From the NCBI GenBank assembly GCA_025558095.1, contig JAIVFI010000006.1:496001-560000 (forward strand): 64,000 nucleotides of DNA, in the 5' to 3' direction. The notes beneath the pieces were generated by a model. That model searched no databases. It saw only the letters and a program-made list of their open reading frames with translations, and had not been told where the DNA came from. Source of the DNA: Hyaloraphidium curvatum SAG 235-1. Taxonomy: Eukaryota > Fungi > Monoblepharomycota. Each line of letters starts with the position of its first letter. Within the stretch, counting starts at the first letter, position 1. Positions 45,793 to 58,417 of the stretch are shown one piece after another. Made by a program: the position numbers and the translations under genes.

Positions 45793-48198
45793 TCAACCGA
45801 GGTTCAAGTGTTTTTTGATCGCCTCGATCAGATCCGCCTTTTTCCCCCTTGCCTTGACGTTGTTCTTCTTGAGCCACTCTTGCAGGATAGGAATTGTGCC
45901 CTTCTCGAGCTGGCGAACACCGCCTGTTAGCGACCGACGTTCGTCCGTGCCCGACGTCCTCGTACCTTGCCTGCCCTCGCGAAGATCTCCACGTCATCCA
46001 CGCTCTCGAGCTTGTCCGAGCCGCCACGTTTCTTGGGTGCCGGTTCCTCCCCCTCGGCAACCCCGCCGCCCTCTCCGCCCTCGGGCCGCGAGCGCTTCTT
46101 GGATGCAGGGACGTTGTGCAGCGGCACGCGGACCTCGCTCGCCGGCAAGCTCTGCACAGCTTCCGTGATGTGCTCGTTGAACTCGGGCAGCATGTCCTTG
46201 GTCTTGTCGAGGAGGACCTTGTTTTTGGGCAGCGTGGTGTCTTCCATTTCTTCGGGCTCATCGTGGTTCAGCGCCAGGGCCGCAAGGTTGCTGTGGAAGC
46301 GATCAAGAGCTGTGCGACGTGCACGCATCAGAATGCTGGTTTGGCCCGTCTTCAGTTGGCACCCACCAGGGTTGGTGAAAGCTTCCGGATCAAACTCCTT
46401 CATCCGCACCCCCTTGACCATTCGCTTCGCAGTTTCGACTGCTTCGGCGGGTGCTGGCATAGCGACTAAGGATCGTCCCCATCGACGGTCGCGCAAACCC
46501 GCCCACCTCGCAACTCGGTTGAGCCAGGTACGTGGCGGATGTCGTCGGCAAAAGGAAGGGGGATCAGGTGCAGGCCAGTGTAGCGGACAGTGTCCGAGGA
46601 AGCCTTGTCGGCATCCTCGATTTCCGGCCACAAGGCCACCAGCCTCGGCGGGCTGTTCTTGCGGGGAATGAAGCGGCAAATGGCCACCTTGTCCAGCGCG
46701 TTCATCCTCCTCAGCAGGGTGCCGAAGATGGCGCAGCTGCCCGTGTAGCTCTGAGCGTCGGCGTGCATCAGCCCCGAAGCGCCGGGACCAACGACCGTGC
46801 CAGGGCACCCACGGTCTCGTCGGGATACAAGAAGGTCGAGTGCTTGATGGTGTGGTGTAGCTTAACGGCGCTCTTTGGCTTGAAGCCGAGCAGGTGCAGG
46901 CCGGGTTCCCCAAAGCTGCGCATCTCTTTGACCTCGTCCTTGGTGAAGAACACGTTCTCGCCGCCATACGGGTAGTAGTACTTGATCTCCCGGGGCTGCA
47001 GCGGCTCCGCCGTGTCCCGGCACACGAGCACCTGCTTGGACTTGACCACGTCGTTGCCGCTGGCGCGCATGTACACGAAGCTGGGCTTCTTCTGCTCGAC
47101 GACGAGGTTGTAGCCGCGCACGCCAATGGTGAAGCCACTTCCAAGCACGAATGGGATGCGCATGTACGACCGCTTCCGCATTTCCTTCTTCCGCACGGCG
47201 TTGCGGAGGTCCTCGAACTTTTCCGACGCCGATTCGACCACGATCTCGTCCTCGTCAGCGTCGACCTCGCGGAAGGTCACGTCCACCCAGAAGCGCTTAA
47301 AGTCGAACTGGGCGCCTTGCGTGTTGACGGGAAACAAGTCGAGGCTGGCTCCAAAGGCCTCAAGGTCCCTCGCTCTCTTCATGATGGCCTTCTTGTTCCT
47401 GGGATCCGTTTCCGGGTTGTCATTGTCCGTCACAAACATCGACCGCTTCTCCGTGCCCTTGACGTTCCTGCCGGTTGTTGAGACCCAACAGCCAGGCCGA
47501 GCATGCTGCGGTCCCACTTTTGAAAGCGCTCTGCCAGAGCGTGGAAAAGCTCCGTCAAGGGGGCACCCTTTATGCCGAACTTCCGCTCGAAGAACTCGTG
47601 ACCCCCTGCGGAAAGCGACGCCTCGTTTAGGGAGCTGGGTGACGGCGACCGAACGGCTGCCCACCCCTCTCGATTTCGTCGGCCAGAGCCTCCACCTCCT
47701 TGACGCGCTCGCTGTCCGGAGAATCCGGTCCCATGAATTCGTATAAGCCTTGGTGCGTAACGCCGCCGACGGACCGGCTCTCGCGCTGGGTCGGAGCACG
47801 CCCCCTTTCAGCGAGGACGAGGCCACCCCGCGGCAGAACCCACGGTTCCAAAGAGGATAAGACCGGCGAGATCGCGAGGCGACCGCATGAGCTTGGCCTG
47901 CAGCACGTCGGAGAAGCACCTCAACGCCATGACCACGGGGATGTCCCCCTCATCGTTGATGGGCTGGAACATGGTCTCCGAGCTGCAGTCGATGACAAAC
48001 AGCAGCAGATCCTGTCGGCAGCCCGTCGTCAGGCCGCGAAGCGCCGGCATCGCGGCCGCGCCGTGCCTTCTTGTCGGTCCACATCTCGGCCTCCTCGGTT
48101 TCGTCCTCCTCATCATCGTCCTCCGGCGCCCCCTCGCCGCCCTCGCGCGCCGCATCGCCGTCGACCTCCGAGCGCTGGCTCCATATGTAATGGGACAT
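45793..48198 (-). CDS. KU70: Ku70 NHEJ DNA end-binding subunit
   Basis: LLFVIDCS, DLAGLILFGT, FVTDNDNP, GLHLLGFKP, STFLYPDE, PPRLVAL, GLHLIPLPFADDIR, FTNP; C-terminal SAP-like GKKADLIEAI. Confidence 0.93.
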
Positions 48199-48311
48199 GG
48201 CGCGGAGTTCGCTCTGGGACTTCAGTCACCCTTGGGCTTGAGGCACCTTTCAAAGCACCGGTCGCTTTGGAGAGCGGACAGGCGTCAACCCAACAACGGC
48301 TCGTCATTTCC

Positions 48312-49042
48312 ATGTACTCGGAAAGCCAGAACCTTGGCCCCGGGGTCTTGAAGAGGATCGCGCGGGAGCTCGCCGCGCTCGAGGGCCCTTCTGCACCCGA
48401 CGGAATCAAGCTGCTCCTTGGGGACGGAGCGGATATGACCAACATCACGGCCGTCATTGAGGGGCCGGCGGAGACTCCGTTCCACGGGGGAGCATTCAGG
48501 GTTAGGCTCCAGTTACTTGCAGACTACCCCGCAGTTCCGCCGAGAGGTTCGTCGTCGCCCCTGCTCTGCCTGGACACGAACGAGTCGCTGACGTGCCCGC
48601 AGGTTTCTTTGTGACCAAAATCTTCCACCCGAATGTCTCTGCCTCCGGCGAGATCTGCGTCAATACCTTGAAGCGAGATTGGAGGCCCGAGCTGACTCTC
48701 AAGGACGTCCTCTTGGTCGGTGAACTGTTCCGCGGCAAGCAAGGTCTTGCTCTGACCAGTAGTTCCGACCCACAGACGATCAAGAGCCTGCTGTTCCAGC
48801 CGAATCCGGATTCGGCGCTGAACGAGGAGGCCGCGAAGCTCCTGGTAGAGGACCACGACGCATACTGCCGACGAGCGGCGCTATTCACCTCGATCCACGC
48901 CGTTTCCCATCTCCACCTCTTCCGCGAGGGGAAAGGCGTGGACCGGGACGCAGGGTCAGTCCCCCCGGATCCGCAGCCGGCTTCGGCGTCGGGCGCTAAG
49001 GCGCAGGGCCAGGCGAAGAAGAGCACGCTTCGGCGACTGTAG
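48312..49042 (+). CDS. UBE2S: Ubiquitin-conjugating enzyme E2 S
   Basis: [43 protein letters not shown], diagnostic C-terminal KK..LRRL. Confidence 0.92.
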
Positions 49043-49073
49043 CGAGGTTGTAGAAGGAGTCTGTACATCGGTT

Positions 49074-49975
49074 TTACAGCTGCGGGATGTGGCTCAAGGT
49101 CCGCGGATTCGGCCCCAGGTCCTCTACCCGCAGGCCCTGATCTTCCAGGGCCTTGGGAACCGGCACCTTGTAGCGCTTCACAAAAGCGGGCAGCCGCGGC
49201 GTCCGCAGAGTCCTGGGCATCGACGAGCGCTTGATGGCGCTCATGCTGACGAAGCCCTCGTCGCCCTCTGCGCAACCCGATCAGCGCAGGCGCACACCGC
49301 CGGGCCTCGACGCAACCCACCTCCCTCCTTCCTGGTGGCGTTGATGCCCATGATCTTGCCGGTCTCTGCGTAGTCGGCCGGGTTGCGCTTGACCATCTCG
49401 CAGGCGACGGGCATCCGCAGGTGCGCGGCCCGCGTGGCCTCCTTGACGACGGCCTCTGTCAGGCCCTCGCCGACCAGCTCGAAGATGACGCGGCCAGCGC
49501 GCACGCGGCAAGCCCAGTAGTCGATGCTGCCCTTGCCCTTGCCCATGCGCACCTCGATGCCCTTGGAGGTCATCGGGAGGTCCGGGAACACGCGCATGTG
49601 CACCTTGACGCCCTTGATGTTGCGCGTGACCCTGCGCAGCTGCACGCGCACGGCGTCCAGCTGGCGCGCGGTGAGCAGCGTGGTCGCCATCACGCGGATG
49701 CCGTAGTCGCCCCACGCGAGCCGCGTGCCGCGCTCCGAGCCGCCCAGCGAGAACGGGATGCGGCCGCGCTGCGACACGCGGTGGCGCCTCCGCTTCGGCA
49801 TGAACGGGCTGCCGCCTCCCGCGAACCGCGCAAACACCGGGGTGGCGACGGCGGGCGGGCGTGCGACGGCGCGCCCCGGCACGCTCGGTGCGGCCGCCGC
49901 GGCGCTGCCCGGTACGCGCAGGGCCGCACTGCTGCGCGCCGGCAGCGCAAGTAATCGTCCCAGCGTGTTCATCAT
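49074..49975 (-). CDS. MRPL16: Mitochondrial ribosomal protein uL16m
   Basis: Presequence, GGSERGTRLAWGDYG, RMGKGKGSIDYWACRV..GRVIFE; probable 3' intron then a last exon ending at 49074. Confidence 0.9.
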
Positions 49976-50074
49976 GGGCAATCGGGGTTGATGCGGTGCC
50001 ACGCGCCGACCCCGCGAGAGTCCAGGGAGTGATCAGTATGAGGGACAATAAAACCACAACGTGCACACGCTCGA

Positions 50075-52851
50075 ATGGCGGCCTTCCGGGACGAACCGCC
50101 TGGCGAGGCCGGGGGCCCGGGCTCCGGCGCCGTGTCGGCCGCGGCTGGCCCGGCGGCTGCTGTCCAGACGCCGTTCGCAGAGACGATGATCGGCGGGGCC
50201 ACACGGCCGCTCCCCGTCGTCTTTACCGCCGACTCGAGGTGCGCGCTGGCGCCACGGACGGGCAATCGCTTTTCTCACACGGATTCTGTGCGGGCAGCTT
50301 CTTCTTTTGCGCGAGCCCGCCGTCGGTCAAGCTCTACAGCGCCGCGACCGGGCAGGTTGTGAGGACCTTGAGGGACGAGACCGCTGTCCGGATCACCGGG
50401 CTGCAGCTGAATCCTGAAAACCCGCTGCAGGTTGGTCGCGCTTCCGGGCTGCCGTCTTGGTCTTCCTCACGGTCGCACCTTGCCAGGTGTTTATCGCCTA
50501 CTTCGAGGGAAAGGTTGCCCTGTGGGATTTCAACGACACGATGGTCGTTCAGTCGTGGGATCTCGACCACAACATCGTGCACTTCCGGCTCGACCCCGCC
50601 CGTCCGCGGGAAGCGTTGCTTGTTGTCAGGAAACGGACGCCAGGCGCAGAAGGCAAAGCGGCGCAGACGTCTGTTCTGTACCGTCTCGATCTGGACACGA
50701 ATCGCCTGGTTCGAGTTGCCAAGGCTCGGCGGTACGAGGCAATGGCCATCTCTCCATCAGGCCGTTTCGTCGCCGTCTGCTCGGGGAAGAAGCTGGTGGT
50801 GACCGGAAATCACGACGATGGCACAAACGCGCGAACGTGCGTTCTGCCTGCAGGCGGTAGTGTGTGGCCGATTCCTGACTCCTTGTCCACGAAGCTTCAA
50901 GCACGACGAGAACATCGTCGCTGTGGACTTCCACCCCACGGCCTCATGCGTTGCGTATGGCGACACCAAGGGCAGGATCAGCCTCCTTTATTTCATGACG
51001 GGCTCCGACGGAAAGACACCGCTCGTAACCACGCTCCATTGGCACGCACACCGCGTGGGAGCCCTGCGATTCACGACCGACGGTGAGATCGAAGCGCGTG
51101 GCAAAGAGGACCGTGCTCATTAGTCGGCAGGCGACCAGCTTTTGTCTGGCGGGGAGGAGGCGGTACTCATCGTGTGGCAGCTCCAGACGAGGCAAAAGAG
51201 CTTCTTGCCGCGGATAGGCGGCGAGATCCGTTCGATTGACATCAGCCCCGACGGCGAGACGTATGCCGTGGGCCTCGCGGATGGTTCCGTGAAGCTGCTG
51301 GATTCGGCGAGCCTCGCCATCAGGCAGACCGTTGAGGGAATGCGCTTCGGTGGGCGTCGCGGGTCCGCGAGAAAGGCCGTCCTGACGTGCGAAATCTTTC
51401 CCGCAGCGAACCTTCCCATGGCCCTGCGGCGCTCGCCGGCAGGCCTTTCCTACGAGGCGTACCGCAATCAGCTCGCCTTCTTTGGACCCCGTTTCGTCCA
51501 GTTTTGGAGCCTGGACACCAACTCCCACGCGGCCGACGTTGAGGTGACGCCTCGCAACCGCATATCCCGCACCGAGACGAAGGAGCTCGTGGACTCTCGG
51601 GTCACGCACGTGGCATTCGCGCCGGGGGGCGGCTGGATGGCCACTGTGGACGTGCGGGACGACCGGGAGTTCCCCGCAGATCAGTACCTGAAGTTCTGGG
51701 AGTGGGATGCCGCGGCCCAAGGTTGGACGCTGAACACGAGGATTGAGGCGCCGCATGGCACCGGCGTGGTTTCCGGTTTGGCTTTCAATCCGGCCGCGGA
51801 ACCCGGCGTGGTGGTTTCGACGGGCGCCGATCGCCGCTTTCGCGTATGGACTCTCAGGGATGGGCAGACCGACACGGATGCGAGGACCTCTTTCTGGGCC
51901 AGTTCGGCAGGAGGAGACTACAAGGGCAAACTGTGCAGGGGCGTGAGCTTCTCCCCGGACGGGTCCCTCTTCTGCGTGCTTCACGACGTGCAGACGACCA
52001 TCTGGGACTCGGCGGCGCTTTCGTTGCGGACGGTCTTCCTCCATCCTACCCCCACGGCGGAGCTGCACGGGGCCACATTCCTTGGACGTGGCTCCCGCCA
52101 CCTCGTGGGGTGGACCGCCAACCGCATCTTCTTGTGGGACCTCTTGACCTGTACGGTCAGCCAGGTCTTGTTTGTCAGCGCGGCTGCATTGGTGGCTGAT
52201 TCCCGAAGTCCTCGGTTCGCCGTTTTGACGGCCGAAACAGGCGAAGATGGCGCGAAGCGGGAGGCTTGGGTACGGGTCTTTGAGCCGGGCTCGGTCGATC
52301 CAGTGCTCGTGCACTGCAGTCCGAGGGCCCCGAAAGCCATGGTCTTTGCTCGCGCTGCGGGAGGCCACAGCGTGCACTTGGTCGTGCTCGATCGGGATGG
52401 GAGTGTCATGAGTCTTCGAGAGGGAGAAGCCGCGCGGACGGCGGGCGATCGGGCTGCAGAGGAGCCTGTGCGCCCAACAGGACGCAGAAACCTCCTTTCC
52501 AGCGTCGTGGGCAGGGTGGTCGGCGCGGGCGACGAGATGGCTGGGCCGGCAACGGGCACCATGATCGGCAGCCGGAAGACGGCGGGCGACGACTTCCTTG
52601 GGATGGCGAGCCATCTCCTACCGCCGCTGAGCTCGATTTTGGATGGCTTCATTACGGGGCTTGTTGCGACACGGATTCAGGGACAGCGCCGGGAAGCGGC
52701 AGAGCGGGAAGCAGTAGAGGAGGAGGGAAAGCAAGCAACAAGGAAGAGGCCTCAGTTGACGCCGCGGGACGTCGTCGCAGGGTCATCGGATGGGATGGTG
52801 GTGGAGGCGGAGGACTTTAGCTTTCTCACGGAGCTGTTCCGGAAAAAGTGA
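50075..52851 (+). CDS. WDR75: WD repeat protein 75 / Utp17 (SSU processome t-UTP)
   Basis: VFTADS, VKLYSAATG, TTLHWHAHRV, LSGGEEAVLIVWQL, FLPRIG, WMATVD, LKFWEW, WTLNTRIEAPH. Confidence 0.87.
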
Positions 52852-53054
52852 TGCAAGATGCGGTATTTCCCGCTCTATCTCTCCTTCGGCGATCGCGGTG
52901 CCTTTGGCAGTGCGTGCGTCCCTGGATCAGATTCGAGGCTCGATTGGGGGCGAGTCGGGGGAAGCGGCGGGCGGTGAGCACGTCCCCCACAACACGCGGA
53001 AGTGCCGCCTCGACCGCCATGTAGGCCATGCAGCCGCTGCATTGAGCTAGGACA

Positions 53055-56000
53055 ATGGAGGGACAAGGGTCTCGCGGGTCAGGTGCGCACGATGCGCCTT
53101 CGCGGAGGGCCACGGGCTCACTTGCTGTCGGACATGGCAGCGGACTCGCTGCAGCCCAAGATACGCTCGCAGATAACGGAGGCGCTGCAACGGCAATTTC
53201 AAATGACCCAGCTGTCGCAGCAGGCTGGGTCGAAGGCGGACACGAGCAAGCAACAGGCTGCCTTGACGTCTAGCCCTCGCTTTGGAGTGTTCAGCTCTGT
53301 TCCGTCTAGCAGGCGCCCGATGGCCCAGGCGAACGCTCCACAGGAGCCGCGCGTCGTCATGCCCGTTCAAACGTGCCGCAAGTACTCCTTAGTACCGCCG
53401 ACGAAGCGCCAGCTTGCACCCGGACTAGGTTCGTGTCCTCGTCTGAACATCTGGGCTGTCTCTGACCTCTGACCTCTCTCCGCCGGTGACAGGCTACGCG
53501 GATTTCTACCCTCAGTCGACGGCGCAGACAGAGGATTTGCTGAGCGAGGCTCACATCCGCCACGGCTATGTGGACAAGCCACTCCTGGCGGTGAGAGCGA
53601 TCTCCGCGCCATCTCCCGACCATGGACCAACGCCTTCCAAAGAACGAAACCCTGTCGGCACAGGATCTCATCAGCGATCTGCTGCGCTCTTCGTCTGGCG
53701 TTGGCAAACTTGGCGCGGTCGGAGAGACCTTGATTGCAGACACCCTTAACAACACCGATTCCAGGTATGTCCTCCATTAACGGACCAAGCGGAACCTTGA
53801 TCGAAGTCTCGCGGCAGTGGCAGGAAATCCCCTCGACTCGAAAAGATGGAGGAGTGGAAAAGGGAGCAGTGGTTTCTGGAACTCGCGGATCCTAGGGTTC
53901 CGCTCGGCAGTCTTGCGGACAGAGTCCCAAGCGACGTGGATGACGCCGCGCTGCTTTCCATGCTGTCCAAAGCACGAGTGCCCTTGGCGCGCGCAAGCTG
54001 GTGTGTGAAGACTATTGTGGGGTCCGAGATGGTACGATCAAGCTCTGCTGGTTCGGGAACCAGGCTGATTTCGGACTCAGGCACTCTCACTGCTGGTTGA
54101 GAACAGCGAGCCGCGCTGGCGGGCATGGGTGAAAGCTCTGCGCAGGTTCCTGGCCTTGCAGCTGGACCGGTTCGCTGACGCCAAGGAGGGGCCGATCGAC
54201 CCGCTGGCGGAGCATTTGCATCCGAAGCTGATTGACGCGATCGAATCGTGGACTTACGCTACCAAGCTGATGCAGTGGCAATGCAGCGAAGGCCTTGTTC
54301 CCCGGGCGTGGTTGCTGAAGTGGGCGGTGCAGAGGTTTCAGAAAGCGAACGAGCTCCAGGTTGGTCCCGGTAGTCCCGCGCGGGCTGTGTCTGATTCCTG
54401 CGCCTGCGGTATGGCGACGTGCAGACATACCTACTTCTCCCGGTTGTCGCCGACTGGCTCCCAACTCTGTGCGAGTCTCGCCGCCTGTTGTTTGACGTCA
54501 TCGATGCTGCCCTCCAAAGACTTGGCTGGCTCTCCCGGCTTCCACAGGACGACCACGATGCGCGTGACCCGTATCGGAATGGACTGTGTGCTCTGGTTCA
54601 GGTGTGTGGGGTTGGCCCCGTCGCTTGTTGGCCCCTGACGCACCGATTACTAGGCCGCAGTTCTCTGTGAACCGGAGGTCCTCAACGCCAGACAGTGGCG
54701 GAACACTTGCGACCGTGTCGTGGACGCAGTGTTCTCCGGTTCGGGCCTGTTCGAAGTCCTGTCGGAGGATGTGCGCGCCGACTGCGTCTCGCTCTTGGCG
54801 GGCTACCGCGAAACTGTCGCGCGCCGGAACCAGCATTCGGAGGCGAGCGACGAAATCCCTACTTCGGATCTTGAGCGAAAGCTTATGATCCTTGATCTTC
54901 CTCCCGAGAAGCTCCCGCTGTCGGAGCGCTACAAAGCCCTGTTTTCCAGTTCAGGGCACTCTTCGGTGGAATGCGATGACGCATGGACGATAGCCACCAT
55001 TTGCCAATGGGCGGTCACGCAGGAGCGTACGGGCAGGCACCGTCCGTACATGGCTGCATTGCTCGTTCTACAACACGTGAACAGGGTCGGCGCGTTGGAT
55101 GTGCAAGCCGCTCTCACTAGCTTCCTCGAGACGCACAAACCCGCATTTGAAGAGGAAGAGCGCCAAATCGCAGTCCTCTTCGGGGAGCTGATTAGGACCG
55201 GCATTTTCTCCTATTCCCTGTACCTGCAGCGTCTGGTGGGGAAGGGGCTTTTGCGGAGGGGTGCAACGCGCACGGAGTCTTCGGAACGGGAGGTTCGGTA
55301 TCTGCGAATGTTCCCAATCCCGCGGACCAGTCAGCACCTCAGGAACCATCGACGGTTCTGCTTTAGCGAGGACGCAGCGACGCATTCCGAGAGGGTCCAT
55401 GAAATGTTCCGAGATGGCCTCGCAGGTTTCTTGTCTGGGACGACTAGCTCAGAAAGGGACGATGGTGCTGCAGTCCTGACTGTAGCATCCCTGGAAGTGC
55501 TCGATCGGTACGACCAAATCCGCCTCGGTGACTGGGTGCTCGATCTGGCGAGGAGCGCGAGCGCAGCCTCGGGTGTCAGGTGGGTCCGTTCTCAGCGCAG
55601 TGATTCGGACGTGCGATCCAATGTATCGTACGCAGCTTGGACTTTGCTGCACCCGTCATCGGAGCTTTGGAAATGCTTTCCGACTATTCGGGTGCTCTTG
55701 AAGCGTGTTTGTGTTTCGTCGAGCAGCTCCATAATCTTGGCATTGTGCACTTCGTGGTGGAGTGCGTGGAACGAAATCTTGCCGTGTTCATGATGCTCGA
55801 TCGTTTTGGACGTCTTTGCGAAGTTCTCGCAAACAGCGTAGGTGCAACAGATACCACCAGGGCGCGTATCTCACGTCTTGCACCAGGCGATGCAACAGCC
55901 CGTTCAGACGAGGGATGCACCCACGGTTCGCCTCTTGATGCGGGTAGCAAAGCTTCCTGATTATAAGTTCCTTCATGAGGTTCGGGGTCGCCGTCTTCAG

Positions 56001-58390
56001 CACGTAGTCGTCGTTTCTCACGCATGACGAGCAGAAGCTCTCTCAGTTCGTCTACACGGCCGAGGGAAAGGTAGAACCCGCGCAAATCTGGGCTGTACAC
56101 GAAGCGCTCACTGTCGCACGCGTCACGCAGTCCCTCGAGATGAAGGAGACCGATCGGGCTTTCGATGAGTATCAGTCTCGCGTTCACGAGGAGTTAGGCC
56201 GTGTTTCTGCGGGCGTATTGCCCACGATGGCCAAGTTTCGAGCCGAGAACGTAGCTCCCTTCCTTGAGCTTGTCGTCAACAAGATCGGGCACGACTCGGC
56301 AGACCCGTGAGTAGCCGGGACGACCTTTCACCAGTTATGACTTAAATCATGCCACTCGAAACCAGGGCAAATGGTGGAGTCCATACCGTGATGGCGGCAC
56401 ATGCTCAGGTTTTCGCCGATTTCGTGGGGACCGATGAAGCTTCTCTCGTCGCTCTCCTGGATTGGCTCCTCGCTGGCTTTGATGGACTTGCCCATGCTTC
56501 GTTCCCTGATGGTCAGAGCTCGTGGGATCGACCTGCTCTTGCATTGCGTTTCGCAATCGACCTGGTGTCGCGAGGTGTCCTTCCTCTTGCATTGTGGCTC
56601 CATCATGCCTTGCTCCCTTTGCTTCGCGATGCGGCAGCTACTTCTGATTTGGTCACGGCGACGAGATTCGTTCGAACACTCGAAGTCTCCGGTACGCTTT
56701 TGTGGGACCCTGGTTCGGGCCATGCGCTGGCATCTGCCACGGTTCCGCCCATCGTCTGGCTCCGCCTGCGTCACCAAAGGCAGCAACTCCTTGAAACATC
56801 GCCGGTCGGATTGCTGGAAGTTCTTGGCCTTCTGACGTCTCTTGGAAGCTCTGTGCACGTCGAAGGGTCTCTCCAGCCCTTGAAGCAGGCCAGGATGGCG
56901 TTGCTCCAATTCGGGAACGAATCACACGCGATCCAGCGGGACCTGTGGCCCTTGCGCGATGTTTTGCGTCTCTCCTTCCAGGGTTCCCCTATTTCCCCCG
57001 TTTTGCGTGAGGAACTGCGACAGAATGCCGCTTTCCTTCTCGGATGGCCGGGAGATTTGTGGGCTTCAGACTTGTACTCTCTCATTTGCAGCACCGATAC
57101 CTGGACGTACGTTCGAGTCGCCAAGACGATCCTATGCAAGGTGGAAGGAGGGGGATACGAGACTGCAGCGGATCTTGCACGCGCGGTTCTCGAAGGCAGC
57201 GTACTGGGGGGCTTTGTCAGCACGCGCATGATGAGGCGTTTGCTTTGTGGGTTGGATTCGGATACCCTTGCTGCTGTGAGACGCCCCTTGCTGTCTCTAA
57301 TGCCGCAATCTGACGACCAGCACCATCAGATCTTTGCCCTGGCATCTGGAAAGCTGTCGGAGATCGATCAACAGGGGTTGCCCTCTTTTCCAAACGTTCT
57401 GCAGCACGATTCCAGTATCATCGACGGCTTTCTGGCATGTACTCTAAAATGCGCCGAGATTCTGGGTTCAGGGAGACGCGAGGTCCCGGAGCCGGCGCGC
57501 GTTGGTCCTGCCCAAGTGGAACGATTGTGCTCGGACCTATATGAACAGCTGAATGCTTTGGCTCAGCAGGAACGCGGCCTTCCCAGGCTCGTTGCTTCGA
57601 TTGCGCCCTTTGCCTCTTTACGGGATGAAAGTGCCAGCAATGCTGCCGATGGTGACGCGGATGTTTCTGCCCTCACGAACTTTTGCGCACGATTGCGTTT
57701 AAGGTTGGATCTGCTCCATCATCTTCGCGACGCTGTTTTGCGGGGCCAGGAGTCTTTGCGGCTGCTCGAGTACGTTAAATTGCTCCTTCAGATCCTTGCT
57801 GTGAGTTTGAGCAGGAGCGCGTCGCTGAACTGGAGTTGGCTGACCCTTGGGGCACACAGGGTCCGCTTGTGACGTACGCACTACCGGCGAAGTGCCGGGA
57901 AAGAGCGTGGGACGACATTTGTTACTGGCTCGACAATGTTCCAGAGGACCAAGCGGATGGGTGTTTCGATGCGCTTACGGTGAGCTTTTGATTTGCGCCG
58001 CTGTTCGCTTCCGGACCTCTGCTAACCTGGTCTACCAAGGCGTTGATCAATGGGGGCAAGCTACCCATGCGGACCCTTGTGCTCCTGGAGCGCCTCGTCG
58101 AAGGGGACGAGCGGCGCAGCTCGGAGCCCTTGGAGAAGTCTGCTGCATCCATTTGGGAACCCGTCGAGCACACAGCCTGGAGCTCCGACGCGGCCCCGGA
58201 AATGACCTACGAAGAGTTCTTTTCCAACGGATGGCAAACTCCCCTCCTCCTGCTGCTCATCGAGGAGGATCCCCTGTTCTCGTTCACCATTGGCGGCCTT
58301 GAAGGTTCCCCAGATTTCGGACCCGTTGAACTGTTGTTTGCTGATGATAGCGATCATGTGACGAAGAAGTTACGAACTGTACTGGCCTGA
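53055..58390 (+). CDS. MED12: Mediator kinase-module subunit Med12/Srb8 (many introns; start may be 53134)
   Basis: KYSLVPP...LG|YADFYP, EDLLSEAHIRHGY, WFLELADPRVPLGSLADRVP, VPLARASWCVK, ICQWAVT.ERTG.HRPY, LFGELIRTGIFSY..YLQRL. Confidence 0.83.
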
Positions 58391-58417
58391 CGATCTACAT
58401 TACAAGCTGTAGTATTA